Source: Eledone cirrhosa | Lineage: Eukaryota | DNA: 64,000 nucleotides | Reading direction: 5' to 3' | NCBI GenBank assembly: GCA_964016885.1 | Contig: OZ024761.1 | Location: 10,540,001 to 10,604,000 of the forward strand | Shown here: one piece after another, positions 27,791 through 40,554 of the stretch | Layout: every line of letters starts with the position of its first letter | How positions within the stretch are numbered: the first letter of the stretch is position 1 | Translations under genes and position numbers: made by a program | Notes under the pieces: model-generated | The model's database searches: none | Told to the model about the DNA's origin: nothing | What the model saw: the letters and a program-made list of their open reading frames with translations, nothing else

Positions 27791-28007
27791 TATGGTGAAC
27801 TAACTGTTGTGAAATACACTATATATATATGGTAATAATATATATAGTAATAATAATAAATTTGAAGACTAAAATCCAAAGAGTGCTCGATAAGGATAAA
27901 TATATATTGAATATATAAGAACTGTTGAGCAAATATTTATTAAAATAACAAATTAAAGCTTATCTATTCTTTACCCTGAAGCCGAGAATCATTTGGTTAG
28001 TGTTTAT

Positions 28008-28039
<32 letters not shown>

Positions 28040-28530
28040 AATACACACATATATCTATATATATACCTACATATTTATAGCGTTTATCACACACACACAT
28101 ATATATAATTACACACATATATCTATATATATATACCTACATATTTATAGTGTTTATAATAGACAACACACACATACATATATATATAAATACACACATA
28201 TATCTATATATATATATATATATATATACCTACATATTTATAGTGTTTATCACACACACATACATATATAAATACACACATATATCTATATATATATATA
28301 CCTACATATTTATAGTGTTTATCACACACACATACATATATATATAAACACACACACATGTATATTTGTGGAAAAGTACTTAAAACACTGTTTGAATGCT
28401 TGTTTGTCTATCAAAGTGGTGTTTATACTTCAGTATACACACACACACATATACACACGTGTGTGTATGTATGTTTACATGCACTATTGCAATTTTTATT
28501 CTTGTACATAAGTACACACTTTTAATCATT

Positions 28531-28569
<39 letters not shown>

Positions 28570-29380
28570 TCATACACAGAAACAAGGACCAGACACTGAC
28601 ACACTCATACACTTAAATGGTGGTGAAGGTGGTATTGGTGATGGTGGAAAGGTGGTGCTTCGGAAGGAGGTAGTGGGGATGGTGGTAATGGTGGCTGTAT
28701 AGGAGGTAGTGGTGGTGGTTGTTGTGAAGGAGGTAGTGGGGATGGTGGCTGTATAGGAGGTAGTGGATGGTGGCTGTATATGGTGGTAATGGTGGCTGTA
28801 TAGGAGGTAGTGGTGGTGGTTGTTGTAAAGGAGGTAGTGGGGATGGTGGTAATGGTGGCTGTATAGGAGGTGGTGGTGGTTGTTGTGAAGGAGGTAGTGG
28901 TGATGGTTGTTGTCTGTGGTAGTGGTGGTTGTTGTGATGGTAGTTTTAAAATGAAATAAAATGTTATTTCTAATCATTTATTAATCTGTTCCTCTCTTTC
29001 CTCACTTTAACCCCCTTATATACATACATATTTATACACACACACATATATGTGAGTGTGTGTATTATATTTAATCTATCTGTGTCCCTCCATTTTGGCA
29101 GCTGCTAAAACTGTAATCTTTTCCTGGTCTATTGTTATTTTTTTGTCATTTTCCCTTCTTTTGGTGTCACTATTTACATTTTATCTTATATACAAAATAC
29201 ACAGTCTATGTCTATGTATGTGTGTGTCTGTATGTAAAGTTGCATATACCCTATACAGTATATATTCATGTATAAATCACATCTTATGCCATGAAAATAC
29301 TACATGAAAAAACCAGCCCCTGGCTGACTTATCTGTTGGACCTACAAAACTTCAGTTCAAAATATATGGTACATTGTAAA

Positions 29381-29650
29381 TCATCGTCATCATCATTTTA
29401 CGTCCGCTTTTCCCTGCTTGCAAGGGTGGGACGGGAACTGATTCTGGCTTCATTTCTACAGCTACAACCACTTTGCAGTGGAATGATAGGCACCCCAGTC
29501 CCTATCATCTCATTTCTACAGCTGAGTAAACTGGAGCAATGTGAAATAAAGTGTCTTGCTCAAGGAAACAACACATCACCCGGTCTGAGAATTGAACTCA
29601 CAACCTTTTGATTGCAAGGCCAATGCTCTAACCACTAAGCCATGTGCCTC
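29381..29650 (-). mobile_element. Same SINE family, internally deleted copy
   Basis: Same head and tail as the 56778 element. The middle of the RTE-like tail is missing. Confidence 0.85.
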
Positions 29651-32081
29651 CATTAAATGTAAATGTTGTATGTAAAATAGGGGTATGACTTATTTACTGG
29701 ACCTACAAATTCTTAGTTCAAAATATATGGTACATTGTAAATATATGTAAAATGGAGACTTATCTAGTGTATTATGTAAGGGAAGAAGATGGGAGCATTA
29801 TTGTTATTATTATTGGCAGAATCAGTGGAGTGGCGGTCAAAATACTTTGGCTACAGCCCTTTAAGTTCTTAGTTGAAATTCTGCCAAGTCAACTTTGCTT
29901 TTCATCCTGCCAATGTCATTAAAATAAAGTACCAGTAACGCACTGGGATTGATTTAATTGACTTTACCCTCCTTTTCAAATTACTGGCCTTGTGCCAAAA
30001 GTAGAAACAATTATTATAGAGGGCTGGTGGCCCTAGTGGCCAATAAAGAAAGGATTATTATAGAGGGTGGTAGAGTGGCAGAATCGGTAGAGCATCCAAC
30101 ATAATGGTTTGCAGTATTTAGTTACAACTGTCTTCATTCTGAGTTTAAATTCCGCAAAGCTCAACTTTGCATTTCATCCTACTGGGGTTGATAAAAAAGA
30201 ATACCAGTTAAGTACTGGGGTCGATATAATCAAGGGTGTTGGGCTTACAATCATAATGTTCAATTCCTGGGCTGGATTGTGTGTTGTGTTCTTGAGTTCT
30301 TGAACAAAACACTTAATTTCATGTTTCTCCAGTATACTCAGCTGAAAATGAGTACCAGCAATAACTGGGGATTAAACCCTTTACCATTTACATTACTCTA
30401 TAGTTACTATTGTATTTTCATGGTAAAGGCTTTCATCATCATCACCGTTTTACGTCTGTTCTTCCATGCTAGCTTTATCTCACATAATATCAAATCTATG
30501 AGACTTTGATATTATTTATTTTGAGAACAATATCTTAAAGTCGGTATGAGGGATCAGTTATGGCCAGTTTGAACAGAAAGAGGTGAGAGAATTCTGGCCG
30601 GATACCGCCAGTTTAAGGGTTAACGCTGTGATGGACTAGCGTCCTGTCTAGGGGGAAGTCTTGTACTCTCAGTCACTTCACCCCATAAAACCGGGATAAG
30701 AACCGGCCTCACGAGCCTTCTGGCTTGAGACAGACTTTAGAATTAGACAAATTACTGGCCTTGTGCCAATTGTTAGAAAGAATTCTTGTTTATGGATATT
30801 AGCCCAGATTAATGAAATCAATCAGAGCTAAAAACCAATTCCACAATTATCTTAGATTCTCTTTGTTGATTACATACAGAGAGGAACTAAGATGGTTGAC
30901 TTAATGTGGGTTTAGTCATGTGAATCCCCCCCCCCCCCCTGTCTCCTCCATGTCCTCCACTGCCTCCCCACCTCCATCTGAGTTGAGGCCATTATATATA
31001 TTTTGTTATTTTCAATTTCCTGTTGAGTCGATTTACTTTAATCTTCACATCATGGCTGCCATGATGAGCCAATAAAGAAACATATATGTGGTTAGAGTTT
31101 TGGGCTCCCTTCCATCTCGCTTACATAATGTTCTTGCACTTTGCTGTGTGCACCAAGTGCATTTTATTGTGGCACCAGCACGATGGAAATTGTCATGTCT
31201 TTCACACAGTTAAAGAGTCCTTTCAACCCTTCGTTTGGCAGGTTTTCTGCAGCTGGATACCTTTCCTATCACCAACCACTTTACCGAGTCTACTGGGTGT
31301 ATATTAACATTGTGCATATTTACATATGTGTGCTGTCAGTGGGTGTTCATGTTATATATCATTGGGTGTGTATTTGAGTGGGTGAGTGTGTATATGCATG
31401 TATATATGTTATGTATGAGTTTATGAATATATATATTTATTATTTTTTAGATCGTACAGGCAAACTTTATGTTGTTGAATTAAGATATTTCATTCTAGCG
31501 ATTTTATTAGTCAATTGCAACTAAAACATGTAAATGTTCATCAAATATTAATTTATTCTGCTCAGAAGCGATTCTTAGAGCTGAAATGATTGTAAATGAC
31601 CCCATTGAGTGTAAACTCTAAGTTATATTATATATATATATATTTATTAAAATAACAGATTAAAGTTTAAGCAAAGAATCACTGCTTTCACCCTTAACAA
31701 GATCTTCTGAAACTAAAAAAAATCAATCTGTGAACGCAGAAGTAAATATTTCAAAAAAGGTTGCAACCGAAGGAAGACAGGAAGACGATACTTTGGTTCG
31801 TGGGGATGTTCCCTGGCAAAGAACGGAAAAAAACGAAGATAATACATCATTATTTGGAGCGGTGAAAAACAATTACTCACAAAGACAAAACCACGTTTAT
31901 GGTATAACTGAAGTCGTAGATTAATATTCTATTAGGTGGTTCTTAGAGATGTTCTCTGGCAATGAACGGAAAAAAATGAAGATAATACGTCATTATGTGG
32001 ATATATATATATAATATAATATAATATATATATATAGAGAGAGAGAGAAAGATATATATATATAGAGAGAGAGAGAGAAAG

Positions 32082-32112
<31 letters not shown>

Positions 32113-32646
32113 AAGATATATATGTATGTATATATATATATATATAGAGAGAGAGAGATATGTATGTATAGCTTCATTTCCTCTTTCTTTGTAGTATTCT
32201 CTGTTACATGAAAAAGATCCCACACCCCATATCTGTTTAATTTAAATATCTATTATATCTGCTTATTGTCACCAGTTGTCTGCTGCCTTGACCTTTTTCT
32301 GTCAAAGGGTTTCTTTTGTGATGGAATCACCTGTATTGCCCTTTGTTAGTTGGGGGTGGAGTGGGTGGGATGACATGGCTGTGGGACTGTGCTTCTTCTT
32401 CCTCTCTCACACACATGGCCATATTTGTAAGGAAATGCATTCTATTTCCATTAACCCTTTTGTCGTCAAGCTTGCTTGAAACCATCCCTGGTTCTGATAA
32501 AAAAAATCTGTTTTAAAGTGTAAAACCCTCCATCATAATTTTATATAAGAACATTTATATTCCAAACACCAACTTAATAATGAGAAAGTTTTGTTATTAA
32601 ATCCTTCTAAATTCTTGGTTATTTAAAAAATAATTTGAAAACCATT

Positions 32647-33035
32647 GACAGTGTCTTTCATTAGAAATATAGTAATGAAAGGGTTAATGACATAGACAGT
32701 GTCTTTCATTAGAAATATAGTAATGAAAGGGTTAATGACATAGGTAGTGTCTTTCATTAGAAATATGGTAATGAAAGGGTTAATGACATAGACAGTGTCT
32801 TTCATTAGAGATATGGTAATGAAAGGGTTAATGACATAGACAGTGTCTTTCATTAGAAATATGGTAATGAAAGGGTTAAAGATATAGACAGTGTCTTTCA
32901 TTAGAGATATGGTAATGAAAGGGTTAATGACATAGACAGTGTCTTTCATTAGAAATATGGTAATGAAAGGGTTAAAGACATAGACAGTGTCTTTCATTAG
33001 AAATATGGTAATTAAATGGTTAATTACATAGACAG
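32647..33035 (-). repeat. Same 48-bp minisatellite in inverted orientation (about 8 units)
   Basis: Reverse complement of the 1570-2298 unit, attached to a MITE body at about 32451-32690. Confidence 0.93.
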
Positions 33036-33733
33036 TTGATTTGATGACTGTTTATTCATTTCACTACAAAGAGCCTGCCAATCCCTTTTCTGCCTCAAAT
33101 TAAGGAATTTTAGATTTCATTAATCCAATCTCTGTTTTTTTCTATTTCACATCCTGCCAAGGCCAACTTTCCTTTCATACTTCTGAGGTCGATAAAAAAA
33201 GTACCAGTGTAGTACTAGTATTTTTTTTATTGACTCCCTCTGTTTCTTTCTCGCTTCCTCTCTCTCACTTTCTATCCTTCTCTGGAAGAAATATGCTGGA
33301 TTCAGACCTGGAGAGGGATGGGCTCTGCCAAGCTTAAAATATCCAAGAAACGCTCTATGGTTCTACAGCACTCCTATGACTCACTCAGGAGTTATACCAT
33401 AAGAATTTATTTAGAAATTTTAGAAATTTTAAATGTTGGAATCCAGATGCAGAAATTACTATAAATAATAATAGCTTTAGATAACCTGGTAAATACACTT
33501 CAGGGTAGATTTACTTCCTTATCTATTTAGTTTTAAACTTATATTTTTATCTCTACAAGTTAATTGGTTAGCTCAATGTAGCAGGATGAAATGGTCTGTA
33601 TCCGGTTTATCCCTACATGTTGTAAGAAGTGATTAAATGTGTTGGTGTCGGGAAAGATATCCGGGTTGTAAAACATTGCCCTCAAAATGTCCCATCTAAT
33701 CCATGGCATCATGGAAAGGTCGATGTAAAAATG

Positions 33734-33786
<53 letters not shown>

Positions 33787-34774
33787 GACTAGAACTGTTT
33801 CATTCAAAGGAAGTCATCAGGCTTTCCTAATGATTTCCTTCGAATTAAACAGTTCTAGTCCTGAAGAAGCCATTTATATATTAAATTTGTTGTATACACT
33901 CTACTAATGTATTGAGTATCTTACTTACTGTGGTCATCCCCGATTGAACCTGGGACTCACACACACAAATATGTGTATATGTAGGGGAGGGGGGTCATCA
34001 CCTTTTAATGTCCATTTTCCACACTAGAAAGAGTTAGTTGAATTGTCTTGTTGCGAGACAAGTCAGATCAGGTGACAGTGACTTGCTCATACAGAACTGT
34101 TTCTGGCTTGGTTTCTATGGTTGGATTCCCTTCCTAATGCCAACATTTACAGCGTGGACTGGGTGCTTTTTGTCGTTTACCAACATGACTTCCTTTCAGG
34201 TGTATATGTGTTTCATATATATATATTGTGAAAGTATGATTTAATGGTGTTAGGTTTATGATCATATCGTCATGGGTTCAATTCCTGGATTGAGCAGCAT
34301 ATTGTGTTCTTGAGCAAGTCACTTCATTTAATGTTGCTTTTCATGATAGGACTAGGCGACCCCTATCATTAAAACACTTAAGAAACCTCTTATGAGATGT
34401 AACCTCATTGGCGACCATCTATACTTGCATAGGAAATTTAAAAAAAAATGAAATTTTCAGCTCACACCTATGCAGGTTTGACTGACCTCATACAAAGTTG
34501 TATCTCATTAGACATTTCTTGGGGGGTTTAATGATAAGCAATGTGAAATGAAGCATTTAGCTTGAGAACAACATACTGCCCAGTTCAGGAATGGAACCTA
34601 TGACTTCATGATCATGAGTCTAACAGGTTAACTTAAATAAAAGTGTGAGCTTTAAATTTCATTTCATTTCATTTTTTTTTTTTTTTTTTCATTTCTTCAC
34701 AAATTAAACTATGACCCCTGTACTAACAAAAAGTGAGACAAACCAAAAATGACCCCTTTGTTTTCTTCTTCCAG

Positions 34775-35117
34775 AACCAAACTATAATGACCCTGTACTA
34801 GCAAAGACCGTGAGAAACCGAAATGGTGTGCCCATCTTCTTGGGTAGCATTCGAGAAGATGAACGAGAAGTGAAATTGGATCCACCGCTTAGCGCCACTG
34901 ATCCAGATAAAGGTAAAGAGGGAAAGATTTGTGGCTATGGAATCATCGGACAACATTTACATGACGTTCCTTTTGAAATTGTCCTTCTCAACAACGAGAC
35001 TGGTGAAGCTAAGATCATCGTGAAAACTGGTGAAACCTTGAATTATGAGAAACGTGAGAAATACAAGTTCACCATTGTTGCTTATGACTGTGGTGAGATA
35101 CACCATTACTCAAACAA
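34775..35117 (+). CDS. CLSTN: Calsyntenin exon A, cadherin repeat 1
   Basis: Acceptor ttcttcttccag, donor AA|gtaagt. Encodes PNYNDPVLAK...LDPPLSATDPD...ICGY...VPFE...LNYEKREKYKFTIVAYDCG. Phases 1 to 2. Confidence 0.92.
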
Positions 35118-35269
35118 GTAAGTTGTCATCTCTCTTTCTAAATGTCTGTTTTACGTGTCTATCAAAGCTTGTCACCTGCTGGTTAACCCATTAGCATTTA
35201 ACCCTTTAGCATTTACATTATTCTATATTTACTATTGTATTTTCACAATAAAGGCTTTATCTTAGGTAA

Positions 35270-35595
35270 TTATCAGATCCATTATCATAACTTGCATATA
35301 AACTCCTGTCTTCCCCCTCTCATCAACAGATCCATTGTAATAACTTATGTATAAACTCCTGTCTTCTCTCTCTCACCAACAGATCCATTGTAGTAACTTG
35401 TGTATTATGTCTTCTCCCTCTCACCAAGAATCCATTGTAATAACTTCTGTATTATGTCTTCTTCCTCTCACCAACAGATCCATTGTAATAACTTGTGTAT
35501 AAACTCCTGTCTTCTCTCTCTTACCAACAGATCAATTGTAATAACTTGTGTATTATCTCTTCTCTCTCTCTTACCAACAGATCTATTGTTATAGT
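35270..35595 (+). repeat. Degenerate array of about 50-bp units (about 7) spanning the exon B acceptor
   Basis: Recurring tcttctctctcYcaccaacag|atcYattgt. Confidence 0.88.
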
Positions 35596-35789
35596 CCACG
35601 TGGAGGATGTTGATGAATACCCCCCAATGTTCAATGAAGACAGTTATGAAGTCGAGGTGGAAGAGGGCCATGTCTTTGGTTCCATTATTCAGCTGACTGC
35701 TTCCGACAAGGACAAGTCCAACAACTTTTCTAAGATTTGTAGATATGTTATTTTGGACAACGATGTTCCATTTGAGATCAGTAATGATG
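35581..35789 (+). CDS. CLSTN: Calsyntenin exon B, cadherin 1/2 junction
   Basis: Acceptor ttaccaacag, donor G|gtaggt. Encodes SIVIVHVEDVDEYPPMF...LTASDKD...ICRYVILDNDVPFEISND. Confidence 0.93.
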
Positions 35790-37594
35790 GTAGGTACTAC
35801 TTTTCATTGGACTTTCTTTTGTTTTTTTCTTTTGTTGTTGTTTCTCTCTCCCCTCTGCTCCCCCTCTCTCCTTTCACTCTCTCCCCTCTGCTCCCCCTCT
35901 CTCCTTTCACTCTCTCCCCTCTCTCCTTTCACTCTCTCCCCCTCACCCTTTCACTCTCTCTCTGTCTCCCCTCTCCAAATTCCTAATATATTTTAAAAAG
36001 GCATTTAAGCTATTTATATATATATCATATATATAATGATGATATATATATATATATATATGTGTGCGTGTGTATATATGTGTGTGTGTACATGTGTGTA
36101 TATATGCATGTGTATATGTATACAGTTTGTGTATGTGTGAGTGTGTGTGTATATATACACAGACCCATGCTAGCGTGGAAAATGGACTTTAAACGATGAT
36201 GATGATGATGATGACACATACATAAAGTCTTTAACCTTTTCCACCCCATGGCCCAACCTTCTCCTTATAATCCTGTTTGTTTCACAGTAAAAAAAAAAAA
36301 TGTAAAATTTTGTTATTATCCAAGTCAGAGAAAATATATTTTTAGATTATTGTAGTTATTAAGACTTAAGATTAAACACCAGAAATATATTTTTGACATT
36401 ATTGTATGTATTTAAGATTTGAGATTAAAATGGCAGTAAAATTCCTTTTCTAGTTTTGTGGATTATCCCATTTTTTAATCATTGATCTGTGGAAGTATTT
36501 ACACCTTGGTCCCTTTCATTTATTAACCCTTTTCTGATTATCCCTCAACCAGCCAACTTTGGTTCAGTTAATTTATTTTCTGATACCCGGCCACTGCCAA
36601 CACCCACCATCGCTGCCACCACCACCACCGCTGCCATCACCACCACCACCATCGCTGCCGCTACCACCATCACCACTACCAACAGCCAGAGTTAATCACC
36701 CAACATCAGGGACCACTACAGAGCACAATTGATTGTGAATGAAAACTAGTGGATGGTGGAAAGAGGGCTGTAGCTGTTGTCAGCTTCATTGATGATGATA
36801 CAGGGCTGATCACCTGACCACAGGGACCACCTAGGGAGCACAATTGATTATAAAAGCTGTAATGGATGGTGAAAGAGGATTTTAGCTGTGGTAGAGCATT
36901 ATGATGTTGATGATGATAATACAGGGCTGATCACCTGACCACAGGGAGCACTCAGGGACAACAATTGATTATGAATTAAAGGTGTAGTGGATGGTGGAAG
37001 AGGGTTTTAGCTGTTGACTACTGTGGTAGAACATTGATGATGATTCCAGTGGCAATGATGATGATGATGGCAGTGATAGCAATGATGGTGATGATAGCAG
37101 TAATGATGATGATGATGGTCATGTTAGCAATAATGATGGGAATGAAAGCGATGATGATGATGATAATGATGATAATGATAGCAATGATGAGGATGATGAT
37201 GATAGTGGGCTAATCACTCGACATGGACCACATCTGATCATGAAAGCTGTAATAAGTGGTGGTGTAGGTGGTGGAGGTTTGTGACCATCTGTTACTACAG
37301 TTAAACAATAACAACACCACTGAATAATATTTAATATTTCTTTAATTATGTTAACACATGTGACCTAGTAGTTAGTGTGTTAGGGTCATAATCATGAGAT
37401 TATAGGTTTAATTCCTGAACCGGACAATATACTGTGGCTTTGAACAAGACACTTTCTTTCATGTTGCTCCAGTTTACTCAGCTGGAAAAAAAGAGCAGCA
37501 GTAGCTGTGGTGGCCATGGTTGTCTAGTACTTTCAGTTGCATAACACCATGAAAACTAGGATGAACTTCAGTTTGATGAGCTGCTGGGCTTAAG

Positions 37595-37955
37595 ACATAC
37601 TTTAACTTATGCTGGACTGGTGTCCTATCCAGGGGGCAGGAGGTGGGGGTGCAGTGTTTCTTATACTCTCCTTCACTTAACACCAATGAAACTAGGGAAA
37701 GCTCTGGCCTGATGAAATTCTAGGTTCTGGAGAGATATTAACTTGTGCTGGACTAGTGTCCTATCCAGGGGGCGGGAGATGGGGTGTAGTGTTTTTTGTA
37801 CTTTCATTCATTTAACGCCAATGAAACTAGGGTAATCTCTGGCCTGATGAAATTCTACGTTCTGGAGAGACATTAACTTGCGCTGGACAGGTGTCCTACG
37901 GGGGGGGGGGGTTGTATTTTCAATTGTTTAACACCAATGAAACTAGGATAATCTC
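37595..37955. repeat. Tandem triplication of about 132 bp from a SINE 3' segment, just upstream of exon C
   Basis: Recurring gctggactNgtgtcctatccaggggg...caccaatgaaactaggg. Confidence 0.75.
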
Positions 37956-37997
37956 TTGGGGACACTCGTTAGTTAATTGTTTCCTTATTAATTGCAG

Positions 37998-38144
37998 GTG
38001 TTCTCAAAAATACTGTACCTCTGAACCATGCCAAAAGACATAACTACATGATTAGTGTGGTAGCAGAAAGCTGTACTAGAAAACGATCTAAACAAGTTCT
38101 CGTAAATATTTTGGTGAAGAAGAAGTGTGAAGTTGGCTGGAAAG
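37998..38144 (+). CDS. CLSTN: Calsyntenin exon C, end of cadherin repeat 2
   Basis: Acceptor attgcag, donor G|gtaagt, 147 nt. Encodes GVLKNTVPLNHAKRHNYMISVVAESC...CEVGWKG. Confidence 0.93.
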
Positions 38145-39227
38145 GTAAGTTTGAAAAACAAACATTCTATCTATTTTTCTATTTAGATTTTCATAGGTTT
38201 TCTGCCTTTTTTAACCCTTTAGCATTTAAACCAGCCATATCCGGCCAGGATTCTTTCACTTCTTTCTGTTCAAACCGGTCGTAACCGGCTGCTCATACTG
38301 ATGTTAAGGTAATGTTCTCAAAATAAATAATATCAAAATCTCATAAATTTGATATTATGTGAGGTAAAGCCTTTACAATGGAAATACTATAGTAAATATA
38401 GAGTAATGTAATTACTAAAGGGTTAAATCAGCCGTATCCAGCCAGAATTCTCTCGCCTCTTTCTGTTCGAACTGGCCGTAACTGGCTGCTCATACTGATG
38501 TTAAGGTATTGTTTTCAAAACAAATAATATCAAAAGCTTGTATATTATATATTATATGAGGAAAGGGTTAATAAACAACTTTAGGGTGAAAGGACCCTTT
38601 AATTCTGTCAATAAATAAAGAATAAAGAATATAAAAAATAACCATCTGATGTTAAAGGGACCATGTAAATTGTTATTTACTTTTACTGCTCATATCCACC
38701 TATGGGTTTACCAACACCTACCTCAAAGGTAAATATGAAGTTTGAAGGTCATGATAACACAAAATGGATGAACAAGAAAATAAGATGAAGCAAGATGTTA
38801 TGTGTAACCTTATTTATTTATCTGTCCTGATATTTCAAGATAAAATCTCTTCTTCGGAGGAAGAATATAACAAGTGATTTGTCTGGAATCGGTAAATGCG
38901 CTGTGTCATGCTCCCAGAACTGGTGGACATAGGAGAGAGAGGAGGATAATGAGGAAGTTAGTTATATTAGTAAATCCTCCTACATTCCTGGTTCTTCTTC
39001 AAACACACCTTCCAGAAGGTGCTAAGTTATGTTCCAAACATCTACGCAAAATAACATTAAGAAAGTTAGTTATATTACTAAATCCTTTGAAATTCCTGAT
39101 CATTTTCAAAATATTTAAAAAAACCCTCGGCAATGTGTTTTTTGTCGTTAGAAATCCGGAGATGAAAGGGTTAAAATGTTCATGTTGATTGATGTATTGT
39201 TTTTTTTTACCTGTGTCGTCTACCTAG

Positions 39228-39419
39228 GTATCCAGCAACACCTGGAGTACATGCCCAATTCTGGTCGTCAGAAAATCAGCGAACATGCACATCTTGATCT
39301 CTGTGACAAACCGTGTCAAGTTGAGAAAGTGTCCATTCGGATGGTGCTAACCACTAAGCACATCGGTAAAGGCTGTGACAGAGATACCTACTCCATCTCA
39401 TCGCAAAGAAAACTCTGTG
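39228..39419 (+). CDS. CLSTN: Calsyntenin exon D
   Basis: Acceptor tacctag, donor G|gtatgt, 192 nt. Encodes GIQQHLEYMPNSG...LTTKHIGKGCDRDTYSISSQRKLCG. Confidence 0.95.
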
Positions 39420-40554
39420 GTATGTATTATTAGTATTGTTATTGGGCGGTGGATTTGCAGTAATGGTAGAGGGTCGGACGCCCTGCTTTAACACATAGAG
39501 TTACGGCCCTTGCCATTCTGAGTTGATATCCCGCTGAGGTTAACTTTACCTTTCATCCTTACGGGATCAATAAAATAAAGTACCAGTAATGCACTGGGGT
39601 AATTGCTGGCCTTGTGCCAAAAGTAGAAACAATTATTACTATTATTATTTATTTATTTATGTCTATATTTCTTTGAAATGACAACAAAAACATGATGACT
39701 AAAATATATTTGTTTACCAGCCCCTAAAAGGTCATCAGGAAAAACAGCTTTAATTAACAGTAATTAAAGAGGTATGAAGTGGGTAGAGATGGAAGTAACT
39801 AGCTTTTACTACTGCTGCTACTACCACCACCACCACCATTACCACCACCACCACCACCACTACTATTACTACTTAACATAGACTGGCTTAATTGCCAATG
39901 ACTCCACCCTCACATCCTCCCTACCATTCCCTAGCCACAACTGTACACCTATTACTACTACTACTACCATCACTACTACTACCACCACTATTACTACTAC
40001 CACCATCACTACTACTACTACTATCTCTACCATTCTCTGGCCACAACTGTACACCTACTACTACTACTACTACCACCATCACTACTACTACCACCACTAT
40101 TACTACTACCACCATCACTACTACTACCACCACCACCACTACTACTACCACCACTATTACCTCTACCACCACCACCACCACTGCTACTACTACTATCTCT
40201 ACCATTCTCTGGCCACAACTGTACACCTACTACTACTACTACCACCATCACTACTACTACCACCACTATTACTACTACCACCATCACTACTACTACTACC
40301 ACCACCACTATTACCTCTACCACCACCACTACTACTACTATCTCTACCATTCTCTGGCCACAACTGTACACCTATTAGTACTACTGCTACTACAAAAAAT
40401 AATAATGAGGATGATACCACTACTACTACTATCCCTAGTCACTACTCTGACTCCACTTAGAAACCAGACTCTACAACAACAAACTTAAAGTAGACCACCT
40501 ACATACCTAAACCAGTGTCTCTTGTTATTGTTAACAACAGAGAACATTGTAGCC

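Noticed and set aside
31730-31924. Short ORF MNAEVNISK... recurring at 53043-53237
   Set aside because: Part of an interspersed repeat, starting at GTG. Recurrence reflects repeat copies, not evidence of coding.
34775-38144. Protocadherin or classical cadherin gene
   Set aside because: Only two cadherin repeats, followed by the calsyntenin-specific linker, LNS domain and W-acidic tail.
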